This document shows, piece by piece, positions 52,150 through 64,000 of a stretch of DNA of 64,000 bases (position 1 is its first letter; each line of letters begins with the position of its first letter). The position numbers and the translations under genes were made by a program. The notes beneath the pieces are model-generated. The model made no database searches. It was not told the origin of the DNA and was given only the letters and a program-made list of their open reading frames with translations. The DNA is from Octopus sinensis. Its lineage: Eukaryota. The stretch lies in the NCBI RefSeq assembly GCF_006345805.1, contig NC_043018.1, positions 14,136,001 to 14,200,000 of the forward strand, written 5' to 3'.

Positions 52150-53830
52150 TAAACCACCATACCATCGTGTTATTACTAGATATTGTACTTCCAGTTTGGA
52201 ATTATTACCAGCCTATCTGACCGTTAAGCATTTTCGTCATTTTCTGAAAGGAACAAGTTTTTCCTATCTACTGCCTATAAGCTGTTAACTTTTGCTCTTC
52301 AATTTAAATTAAATAAATATTCTCTAAGGAAAATTATCCCAATTCATTGTCGATATTCGTTATATCAATGGCACTAATAATGGCGCAGCTGACACTTTAT
52401 ACCGATTCCAAGTGAATTCACTGCACTCTAATGGTTCTAATGATTAGGTAAGAAAAAATGGTTATAGACCAAGAATTCGGTGAAGAACTGTTGCAATTAA
52501 AGGACACTGTATTAGCTTCTTTAAAATTTCCTCGTGTTCGTCTGCCTGATTCTATGAAAGATATTTGGTGTGATATTTCTACTGGTTCAAGGCGGTGAGC
52601 TGGCAGAGTCGTTAGCACGCCGGGCGAAATGCGTAGCCGTATTTCATCTGCCGTTACGTTCTGGGTTCAAATTCCGCGGAGGTCGACTTTGCCTTTTATC
52701 CTTTCGAGGTTGATAAATTAAGTACTAGCTGCGTACTGGGGTCGATATAATCGACTTAATCCGTTTGTCTGTCCTTGTTTGTCTCCTCTCATCGTAACTC
52801 ATTTCTACAGCTGAGTAAAATGAAGCAGCTTCTTGCTCAAGGACAGAGCACACAGCCTGATCCGGGAATCGAACTCACAACCTCGCGATTGTAGGCCCGG
52901 CCCTCTAACCACTGAGTCATACACCTTCACTGAGTATCAGGCATCAGTTAAGGCATACCTAGGTTATACTCAAGCGGGCTGCTTTATAGCATGACACTAA
53001 CCCTTCCTCGAAAGACGATAGTTGGAGATTCCAATACGTGTTACGATCCGTCCAGTTATGTAACTTGTCTGTGAAACTATATGTCCAGGTTACTAGTTTA
53101 CTCTTTTACATGTTTCAATCATTTGACTGTGGCCATGCTCGAGCACCGCCTTTAGTCGAGCAAATTGACCCCAAGACTTATTCTTTGTAAGCCTAGTACT
53201 TATTCTATCGGTCACTTTTGCCGAACCGCTAAGTGACGGAGACGTAAACACACCAGCATCGGTTGTCAAGCGATGTTGGGGGGGACAAACCCAAATACAC
53301 AAACGCATGCACACACACACACATATATATATATATACATATATACGACGGGCTTCTTTCAGTTTCCGCCTACCAAATCCACTGACAAGGCTTTGGTCGG
53401 CCCGATGCTATAGTAGAAGACACTTGCCCAAGGTGCCACGCAGTAGGATTGAACCCGGAACCATATAGTTCGTAATTAAGTTTCTTACCACATAGCCACT
53501 CCTACGCCTAGATTAAGGAAATTACAACCCAGACTGCCGACAGTTAAAACATATATTCCTGCTGACATTACCGCCTGGTCTTCTATTGTTGTGCATAACA
53601 ATGCGGCGTAAAAAGCCTCGCATATATCATACACTGAACTCTATCGTGAGCATCCTGAATATTTTGGTTTTGATATCTTTCGCAAAAGAGAGACAGACAG
53701 CATTAATAGAGTTAACAATGTTTACATTTCCGCAACTATGTCTTCGTACACAACTTTAAATTCCTCTATCTATTCACAGACACCATCGACACAAAAAGCT
53801 ATTATTCCGGAAGGAAAACACAACTAAAAG
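52150..53830 (+). mobile_element. Ty3/Gypsy pol remnant (RNase H and integrase linker 52150-52587; integrase C-terminus 53510-53830), interrupted by SINEs
   Basis: RYCTSSLELLPAYLTVKHFRHFLKG, YKLLTFALQ, DIRYINGTNNGAADTLYR, LPDSMKDIWCDISTG; later YIPADI...YFGFDI...DSINRV. Confidence 0.75.
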
Positions 53831-54249
53831 AGACAGGTGAGTACATTAGACTGCCAAATTCAAACACATATATTATGTTTAATGTTGTATACTGTATATG
53901 TATATATGTCCTTTATATAATGTTTATGTGTTGTGACAGCTTAAACATAATCTAGAGTATTTTGTGAACTTTTGTAAAGATTGTGAACTTTTGCTCTTAT
54001 GGCTGTGAACTTTCTTTTGCACTTATGATTTCTGTAAACTTATATAATGTATTTACTTTTGCTTTTCTAAATAATCTTTTACTGTATATTTTCGATTCGT
54101 TTTCTACAGCAAGAGGAGTTTTGTAGCAAGACACTGGTTGAGATCTGAACCATAGACCTTAGAATTTTTTATTCTAGAACCATGGACAAATATATTTCCA
54201 TAAAAGGAAAATTATAGCCATGATAGGTAATAATGCCTACATGAATGTG

Positions 54250-54434
54250 GCTCGGCCAATCAGCTCTGACATAATTGACGTAGGAAACTTCAAAGAAACG
54301 CGAGCAGTTTTCCTGCCAAATACTTCAGCAGAAGTTTCCAGAAGCTGACTTACAGTTATAAAAGCTGGCAAATTCAACCTCGGGCGAGAGAGTTAAGCCG
54401 TCTCGGGGAACTTATGTCATGTATTGCAGTGAGT
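54250..54434 (+). promoter_or_regulatory. Promoter-like segment (CCAAT, CRE-like, TATA), possibly an LTR U3 or a host first exon
   Basis: GGCCAATCAG 54254-54263, TGACGTAG 54276-54283, TATAAAAG 54357-54364, ATG 54414, GCA|GTGAGT at 54428/54429. Confidence 0.35.
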
Positions 54435-54840
54435 TGGTCTCTCTTGCGACCTCTTTCACATCTCTTACGAAACGTGTCGAGCTTGTTACAAGACACCCAT
54501 CTTAAACTACAATGTCGAATGGCACATTAGTTATAAGCAGTGATTTATGATTCTTACTCTCCTTTCATAGTATTATCCAGCAATTTATATACTGAACATT
54601 TATAAATGCTATGTTCGTTGAACGTTGTTCCATTAATTTATTGGATGCACACTCGGAGATATAACGATGCGGGTTAGTAGAGTATGAGAAAACTCAATTA
54701 AAATTTCATGTAGACATTATCTACGCATTCAGCCTGGCTCACGCTGTGAATAGCCAGCGAAGAACGTAGCCAAACACCACACGTAATATATTATATATAA
54801 ACATATATTTATACAAACAAATATATGCATGTATATATAC

Positions 54841-54927
<87 letters not shown>

Positions 54928-55289
54928 TTGTGTGTGACGGAGACAGAGACAGATACGTGTAAAATTTGAATGAAATTGGTTGTGTAGTTCTCAAGTTTTA
55001 GGGAAACACACAGACAGACACATATTCTCAGTTTTATATATATAGAGAGATAAACAGAAAGACAGACGAAAGCGTTGTCCTCTGTGATTATTCTAAGGCT
55101 GGTTGCCACCTTCTTTGATTGGAATAAACGGAAACGTTAATCGTTGAGTTTCGAACCAAATACATTTTCTATTTCGTACGTTGAGGACCATTTTTGTTGT
55201 GGCATCGAGTAAACACAATGTTTCATCGATTCATGTAGACCCTCATTCATCTGTATGTAGATGGACGTGGATATGTATGTGTGTCTTCA

Positions 55290-55299
<10 letters not shown>

Positions 55300-55338
<39 letters not shown>

Positions 55339-55514
55339 CTCTATTTCACTCTCTTTGTCTGTCTCTCTCTATATATATATGTATATGTATGTACGAATGT
55401 ATGCATATAGATAGACAGATAAACAGACAGACAGACGGACGGACGGCTGCATAGATTGATAGATAGATAGACAGACTGACAGACAGACAAACAGACAGAC
55501 AGATAGACATACAT

Positions 55515-55556
<42 letters not shown>

Positions 55557-55576
55557 GTGTATATATATATATATAT

Positions 55577-55643
<67 letters not shown>

Positions 55644-55705
55644 TGTAGGTAGGTAGGTAGGTAGGTAGGTAGGTAGGTAGGTAGGTATGTAGGTAGATAG
55701 ATAGT

Positions 55706-55797
<92 letters not shown>

Positions 55798-57129
55798 CAG
55801 ATAGATAGATAGACTGATTGATAGATAAATAGATAGACACACACAGACAGTTATATATGCTTGTATGTGTCTCTATAAACATATATGTACATACAGACTG
55901 ACAAATATATACATACATGCATACAGATATATATCCACCCATGTATTTTTCCTTATATCTTTTCAATTCTCACTCCATATTCTCTCTTCCTATCTCTCTC
56001 CCTTTATCTCTCTCTCTCTCTCTCTTTCTCTAACACACACTCTACCACATGCACACACTTTGTCCATTTGTCTCTCTATCTATCTAACTATGTATCCTGT
56101 CTGTTTCTCAATCTATCTCCGAGTCTCTCCATTCCTTCTCTCCTCCTTATCGACTTCTATTCAAGTTGAGATCGGCATATATTGGAGAACACACAACAGC
56201 AAGCAAACAACAAACTTCAACAACAACAAAAAATAAGCAAAACCGCAATAATAATAATCTAAGAAAAAGGGCAATCGATGCAGTGCTTTGTGTTGCGATG
56301 TGCCATATTCTTCAGCGCCGTGGTGGCTAACGAGCGTGCAACACTTATTCCAGCTTGCCGCTTCAGGCCCAAAGTCTAAAGTTTATTTTTATCTAAGAGA
56401 GCAAATATTTACTGAAGAACAAACTAAAACTACAAACAATAATAAAAACAATCGATCGATTTCTCAGACAAAGATGATTCTTTTACAAGATAATTCACTC
56501 TTTTAACACGCCTGCAAGAAATTCTTCAAACAATTGCTTTTACCTCCGGCCCATCTCCACTCTAACATCGCATCCACGTGTATCAAAAGTAATTCTAACA
56601 ATACCGTTTCTATAATTCTCTCAGAATTTCTGGATGTTTCTCTATCTTTCTTTCTTCTCTGTCACTTCCTTCGTTTCTTCCTTGCTCTCGTTTGCCTTCT
56701 CTCCCCTTCTCTCCCCTTCTCTCTCCTCTCGGTTTCTCCGTTTTCTTATTTCTCCCTCTCTTTTCTTCTCTCTCTCTCTCTCTCTCTCTCTCCGTCTCCA
56801 TTACACTGCTTGCCAAAGTTTCACAATCTCTCAAATAACGATCATAATCACGACTTTTAACAGTTTTGATTATGACGATCGTGATGACTATAATCTTGAT
56901 GAAATATTGTAGTACTTACGACGACCATGGTGCCCAATATAACAATCATGGTGACGCCGATGATGATGATGATGATGAGGATCGTCATTATAATTTTGAT
57001 CATCATCATCATCATCATCATCGTCATCAAGAGCAGCAGCAGCATCCTTAACATTAACACCTTCCTCGTTTTTTTCAACATGATCATCATCAAAGTTGTC
57101 GTTACAGCTGTTGTTACCCTCCCCATCAA

Positions 57130-57163
<34 letters not shown>

Positions 57164-57164
57164 G

Positions 57165-57203
<39 letters not shown>

Positions 57204-57233
57204 CCGTCATCAACATCATCATCATCATCATCG

Positions 57234-57289
<56 letters not shown>

Positions 57290-57360
57290 GTCATCATCAT
57301 CATCATCGTCATCATTGTCGTCGTCATCATCATCATCATCATAATCGTCGTCGCCGTCGT
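55300..57360. repeat. Microsatellite field ((CT)n, (TAGA)n, (TAGG)n, (CAT)n) with short unique spacers
   Basis: Direct reading. Confidence 0.85.
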
Positions 57361-57623
57361 CTTTCTTTTTACACCATTTTATTCCTTTTGGAATAATTTC
57401 AGTGTTATCTTCGAAACATGTGTCGGAAGTAAAAGAATTTGAATAATACCTGCGTTTAACTCCATTCATTTATTTATATATAGTATGCAAAAAAATTTCA
57501 CGTAAACCCGAAGTTTCTACCTTTAAAAACAAGGAGTCACAACCTTTTTAATTGTGTGATATTTTGCCATCCTGGTAACTCTTTATCTATTTTTTCCGGG
57601 TTAATTGTTAACAAGGGAAAAAT

Positions 57624-57655
<32 letters not shown>

Positions 57656-57671
57656 ACACACACATACACAC

Positions 57672-57723
<52 letters not shown>

Positions 57724-57749
57724 GCTTTCAACATGTGACCTCGTGAGCA

Positions 57750-57932
57750 CCGCCAGCAATTTTTTTTCCTCTGTCTTCCCTTCTCGGGATCTTTCCTTCT
57801 CCTTTGTTTCCGACGAAGAGCTCCGCTCGAAACGTTAATCCTCCTTCCCTTCTTTCCTGAGCGTCCAACAATACTTTATTTGTTCCACGTCCTCGCGTTG
57901 CTGTGTTTTTTTCTGTGTTTTCTTGTTTGGAT

Positions 57933-57937
<5 letters not shown>
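57750..57937 (+). mobile_element. Penelope-like terminal-repeat fragment with a minimal hammerhead-like motif (57806-57840)
   Basis: GTTT-CCGACGA-A-GAGC-TCC-GCTC-GAAACGTT-AATC; homologous to 28660-28836. Confidence 0.7.
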
Positions 57938-58007
<70 letters not shown>

Positions 58008-58713
58008 TATGTCCATCTATCTGCATATTTACATCAGCCTATCATTCCATCTATCCATCTGTCTGTCTGTTTATCCATCAGTCAATCTATCCTGTTTGCC
58101 TGTTTGTCCGTCTACCTTTCTACCTTACAACACTTTGAACTTACTCTCACACATAAATCATACGAACGTTTCATGTTTGAGTAAATTATCAAGGAAAAAA
58201 AATATATATATTACCTTGTCGTTTGAATTACCATTGTGTCAGTTCTTCTTCAGACATATTCAATCAATTTGCCATAAGTGTCTTTCACAAATCTTCTATT
58301 CTGCCTGTGTACAATCACACAACACATGAAGAGTTTACGGTTCCCTTGTGAAAAGTATTTGCATCCATACTTACCTCGCTCGTTTCTTCTTCTTCTTTCA
58401 TTCGGTTTAACTATTAACTTAGTTTTAAGCAAAACAGCAACCAAAAGAAACATTTGAATAAATATACCCGCCACCGTCATTTTTTTTCTCCTTCTCTTCC
58501 CACTGTTCACTCTCTCTCTCTTTCACTTTTTCTTACTCTACCCCCATCGCTCTTTCTCTCTCTCTCTCTCTCTTCCCACCTCACAATTCACATGTTGCAA
58601 CGTATGCATACAATCATTGGAATTGCAAATGTATGTATGTAGATGAATACATGTATGTATGTATGTATGTATGTATGTATGTATGTATGTATGTATGTAT
58701 GTATGTATGTGTG

Positions 58714-58746
<33 letters not shown>

Positions 58747-58900
58747 ATATAATGTATATGCTTGTTTACATATGTATATATATGCGTGTGTGTGTGTGTG
58801 TGTATGCACACAATTATTAGAATTGCAAATATTTATATGTATGTATGTATATATGTATGTGTATATATGTATGTGTGTGTACATATTATAATATACATAT

Positions 58901-58962
<62 letters not shown>

Positions 58963-59406
58963 CATATATATTCACACAAATATATACATATATGCATAGG
59001 TATATTTGTGTATATGTCAATGTATCTATGCGTACGTAAGAATATGTATATACATACATACATACATACATACATACATGGAAATATATATATATATACG
59101 TGTATATTATACAAATGTATAGACGCATGCATGCAAGTACATGCGTGTGTATATGTGTGTATGTATACACACACATGTTTGTGAATTTATGTATGAGCGC
59201 GTGTGTCTGTGTTTGTGTGTGTGTGTGTATAAGAGTGGTCTGTATGTGTACTTTCTTATCACACATAAAAAGCAAATAAATATTGAACAAGGACTTTTTT
59301 TTGCTTCCTTTTTTCTGTTTTTGTTTTTTTCTTTTTTTCTTTTAACATAAGAGGTTAATCTACACACGTGGTATACATCATTGATAGCCGGGTTAATAGA
59401 GAACCG

Positions 59407-59790
59407 TGGAGGCGCAATGGCCCAGTGGTTAGGGCAGCGGACTCGCGGTCATAGGATCGCGGTTTCGATTCCCAGACCGGGTGTTGTGAGTGTTTATTGA
59501 GAGAAAAGACCTAAAAAGCTCCACGAGGCTCCGGCAGGGATGGTGGTGATCCCTGCTGTACTCTTTCACCACAACTTTCTCTCACTCTTACTTCCTGTTT
59601 CTGTTGTACCTGTATTTCAAAGGGCCGGCCTCGTCACTCTCTGTGTCACGCTGAATATCCCCGAGAACTACGTTAAGGGTACACGTTATCTGTGGAGTGC
59701 TCAGCCACTTACACGTTAATTTCACGAGCAGGCTGTTCCGTTGATTCGGATCAATCGGAACCCTCGTCGTCGTAACCGACGGAGTGCTTC
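59407..59790 (+). mobile_element. SINE family B, tail type i
   Basis: Full length; TSD AATAG(A/G)GAACCG. Confidence 0.9.
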
Positions 59791-60024
59791 CCAATAGGGA
59801 ACCGGATTCCAAACCGGGAAGTCAACCGTTCAAACTGCGAACATTAATTCCGTCAACACCAACTCCGCGATGCGATTCATAAAGATACAGGAGTTACAGA
59901 GCTGGGCATAACCGTTTCCCAAAACAAGTTTCTATCAACAGACTCTGTCTTTGTTTCAATTAATTCTGAAAATAATGAAGAATTTAACAAACTGACTTTG
60001 GTAATTTTATGCTGTTGTATATAA

Positions 60025-60560
60025 GGCGGCGAGCTAACAGATTGATTAATTCGCCGGACAAAATGCTTAGCGGCATTTCGTTCGTCTTTACGTGATCACA
60101 GTGACGGACCAGGCTATCAGATGTTGCTACACATCGCTGGTCACAATGCGCTTCGCATTGTTTTAGCCTTCAAATGACGCCACCCCGCTGGCTAAGCAAG
60201 CAGGCCAACAGAAGAAAGTTGTGGTGAAAGAGCATAGCAGGGATCGCCACCACTCCCTGTCGGAGCTTCGTGGAGCTTTAGGTGTTTTCGCTCAATAAAC
60301 ACTTACAACGCCGGTCTGGGAATCGAAACTGCGATCCTACAACCGCGAGTCCGCTGCCCTAACCACTAGGCCATTGCGATTCCACTCGTCTTTACGTACA
60401 GAGTTAAAATTCCGCCGATGTCGACTTTGCTTTTCATCCCTTCGGAATCTTTTAAATAATTAGCTAATAAAATACCAGTTGAGCACTTGTGGGGGTCATA
60501 TAATCGACTTACCCCCTCCCCGAAAATTTCTGGCCTTATACCAAAATTTGAAATCATTAC
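60025..60560. mobile_element. SINE A (+) interrupted by SINE B (-, 60094-60385)
   Basis: 12-bp TSD TCGTCTTTACGT at 60082-60093 and 60386-60397. Confidence 0.85.
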
Positions 60561-60789
60561 TATGCTGTTGTATAAGGCGTCGAGCTGGCAGAATCGTTAG
60601 CACGCCGGACAAAATGTTTCACGACATTTCATCCGTCTTTACGTTCTGTGTTCAAATTTCGCCAACGTCGCTTTTGCGTTTCATTTTATCGGGGTCGCTA
60701 AAATAAGTACCAGTGGAACACTGGGCTCGATCTAATTGACTTCACCTTCGCATCAAAAACCGCTGGCTCTGTGCCAAAATTTGAAGCCA

Positions 60790-61210
60790 TTGTTAATCTG
60801 TTGTTTAGAACATTAACATGAGATTTTGACGGAAGGTTTTAACTGGGTCACTTCAACCCTTTCGTTACGAAATTCTTATTGAAATTCGTTGCTTTTGTTT
60901 CAATTAAATTTGAAAATAATGCGGAATTTCGCAAAATAACCTTGTTATTGATATGGTGTTTGGAACATAAATCAACATGGCGGTTGATGGGAGGTTTTTA
61001 ATTTAGCTTACTTTTACCATTTTGCTACCAAATTCTGATTGAAATAAACTGTTTGTTTCAATTAATTTTTAAAATAAAGAAGAATTTAGCAAAATAATAA
61101 CTTTGGAACATAACGTGAAATATTGATGTAATGTTTTGATTTATTTAGATTATTTTAAAGCAATGTTTGAATCATAAAACCAAGAGTGATTTCAGGTGGG
61201 TTGGTATTGA
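60790..61210. repeat. Two to three diverged units of an AT-rich interspersed repeat (partial copy at 59930-60020)
   Basis: Recurrent TTTGTTTCAATTAA...GAAGAATTTAGCAAAATAA...TTTGGAACATAA. Confidence 0.55.
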
Positions 61211-61788
61211 GAAAATAAATGGATCTGATCCTATTTTCAAGACATTGTTCTTGTCTTTCAAGAGGTTTGCAAAATTTTAATTCGTTTGAATGCTTACAGC
61301 AAAGTGTGAATCCCATATCTGCTGCTTACAGTGTTGTTAAAGTGAGTGTAGCAAGATATCCTCTGACCCTTATCTAGCTGTTTGCTCCATAGTGAAACCA
61401 TCACTAAATATCGAAAATACCAGAGTTAAAGATGGTACGGGACACCGAATCTGAGTTGGTGACCTAACGAAATTCTTATGGCATAAATTCTTCTCCTTCT
61501 TCTCCCCTTCTTCATTTTCTTATTCTCTTTTTCCTCTTTCTTCTTTTTCTTTTCTTTGCCTTTTTTATTCCATTCTTTTCTTCCTTTTTTAATCCCCTTC
61601 CTTCACTTCTTCTCCATCTTTTTCTTCTACTTTTCCTTACCTCATTCTTCCTCTTCTTTTTTTTTTTTTCATCAGTTCCCAAGTCAGAAATATAATCTAC
61701 ACCACAACTTCTCTCACATATATTTATTCCCACCTTTGAGAGAAGTATCTAAGAGGTCACTCGACTTATCCTGTATATATGCTATATG

Positions 61789-62354
61789 TTGAGTTGTCCG
61801 GAAAGTTCGTGCCGATTTTTAAAGGCAAGGAAAAGGTCAATAAATACTTGCCATTACATTGTTAATCAACCAAATATAAACCATTTTGTTACACAATGCG
61901 TCTCCATCTTTCCTTTAACTTGAAAATACCCTCTTTCCAGAATTGAGGTGGTTTCATGGTAAATAATTCATCAAGGTAGCTTTTTGCGTCTTTCAAGGAA
62001 TTGAAATTTTTACCATTAAGACTATTCTGCAGAGACCTGAATAAGTGGAAATCCGAAGGAGCAATATCTGGTGAATATGGAGGGTGAGGTTACACATCCC
62101 ACTCGAGCTGCAGCAATTTTTGTCTGGTTCCCAAAGCATCAAGTGCCGAAAATGAACTTTCTTATCTTCCATTTTAAAGGGTTACAGAATTAACACAGAT
62201 TATAGGAACATAAACCTTCTTCCACGAAAAGATAGCTTAAACTGTGCTCGAAATGGAGGTGTAGTTAAATCCTATTTTGTGGACTCAACCATGTTCTAAC
62301 ATAAGTCGAAAGATAAGCTACTATAAATCGGCACGAACTTTCCGGACAACCCAA
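61789..62354 (-). mobile_element. Internally deleted mariner with both TIRs
   Basis: TIRs TTG(A/G)GTTGTCCGGAAAGTTCGTGCCGATTT; PHPPYSPDIAPSDFHLFRSLQNSLNGKNF, FWKEGIFKLKERWRRIV. Confidence 0.92.
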
Positions 62355-62806
62355 TATTATACAACACTCACACGCACACACTTTGTTTTGGTTGAAGTAC
62401 ATGGCCATCTACATATTGTTGATTTATTTCTTGAAGTATATAGAAATACAGCATCGATTTTCTGAAACCTTTGGCTCCAAAGCCTTTCTAGATGACTGAT
62501 TTTCACCTCTAAATTAAACAAATATTAAATGAGGTTGCATGGTCTAGTAGTAAGGGAGTTGCACACGCACACACTAACACAGGATCTCAAGATCAAGGTT
62601 ACGATTCTCGGACCGGGCTGTACATTGTATTCCTGTGTCATTTTACGTGGCTCTGCCCTCACTTTGACATCGGCACTATAGTAAAAGGCATTTGCCCAAG
62701 GTGCCACTCAGTAAGACTGAACGAGAAGTCATGTATTTGGGAAAGTAAATTCTTACCAGACAGCGGCGCCTGCGCCTAAGTAGATATAAGAAAAACTTAA
62801 CAGATA

Positions 62807-63051
62807 CTCTTTTACTTGTTTCAGTCATTTGACTGCGGCCATGCTGGAGCACTGCCTTTAGTCAAGCAAATCGACCTCAGGACTTATTCTTTGTAAGCCT
62901 GGTACTTATTCTATCGGTCTCTTTTGCCGAACCGCTAAGTTACGGGGACGTAAACACACCAGCATCGGTTGTCAAGCGATGTTGGGGGGACAAACACAAA
63001 CACACAAATACACACACAAATACACACACACGCACACACGCACACACACAC

Positions 63052-63113
<62 letters not shown>

Positions 63114-63992
63114 ATTATACCACGGGCTCCTTTTAGTTTCTGTCTACCAAATCCACTCACAAGGTGCCACGCAGTGGGACTGAACCCAGAATGATGTGGT
63201 TGCTAAGCAAGCTACTTACCACAAAGCCAATCCTGCGCCTATACTGATACATATATATACAAAAAACACACATATATTCATTAATAAATACATACGTACA
63301 TACATAGAATTGATAAGAAAACTCCAGCTCTTATATCATGAGTATACTCGGCCATACAACAACTAATCTGCATAAAAGAACAGCAAAACCGATTCGTATT
63401 CTCATAGAATTGATCAGGGGAACAGCGAAAATGTCGGGATTCTCCATTTCAGGCTCCTGGGTGAACATATGCACACGATTACATATACATATGGAATACA
63501 TACACTCACACATTCATAAACAGTAACAAAACATACACACTTGTGTTCTGTTGTGAAACGGACACGCATTTACACAACACACACACAAATATATGCATAG
63601 GCGCAGGAATGGCTGTGTGGTAAGTAGCTTGTTTACCAACCACATGGTTCCGGGTTCAGTCCCACTGCGTGGCATCTTGGGCAAGTGTCTTCTGCTATAG
63701 CCCCGGGCCGACCAATGCCTTGTGAGTGGATTTGGTAGACGGAAACTGAAAGAAGCCTGTCGTATATATGTATATATATATATATAAGTGTGTGTGTCTG
63801 TGTTTGTCCCCCTAGCATTTCTTGACAACCGATGCTGGTGTGTTTATGTCCCCGTTACTTAGCGGTTCGGCAAAAGAGACCGATAGAATAAGTACTGGGC
63901 TTACAAAAAGAATAAGTCCCGGGGTCGATTTGCTCGATTAAAGGCGGTGCTCCAGCATGGCCGCAGTCAAATGACTGAAACAAGTAAAAGAG
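62807..63992. mobile_element. Divergent pair of family C SINEs (62807-63240 -, 63598-63992 +)
   Basis: Both near full length, about 360 bp apart. Confidence 0.9.
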
Positions 63993-64000
63993 TATACATA

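Overview
AT-rich eukaryotic intergenic or intronic DNA, very likely from an octopus (inferred from the tRNA-derived SINE families and the very high microsatellite load). I could not recognise any host protein-coding gene. Nearly all long ORFs in the supplied track are microsatellite artefacts. The window is built from simple repeats, several SINE families, five R4/Dong-type non-LTR remnants, RTE, L1/Tx1 and possible CR1 fragments, a Ty3/Gypsy pol remnant, mariner and hAT derivatives, and Penelope-like terminal-repeat fragments. The most notable structure is at about 10.1-11.85 kb. A near-perfect 500-bp palindrome there carries a complete, correctly foldable type I hammerhead ribozyme on each strand. 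It sits next to a second palindrome and a decayed copy of a different, 35-nt minimal hammerhead-like motif that recurs at 28.75 kb and 57.8 kb. Other points of interest are a repeated SINE-(ATT)n-element-element architecture at two loci, a recurrent SINE tandem junction, nested insertions with clear target-site duplications, a cryptic 11-bp repeat, and several unverified candidate exons and one promoter-like segment. Coordinates of decayed elements are approximate, and family assignments come from motif recognition by eye, not database searches.
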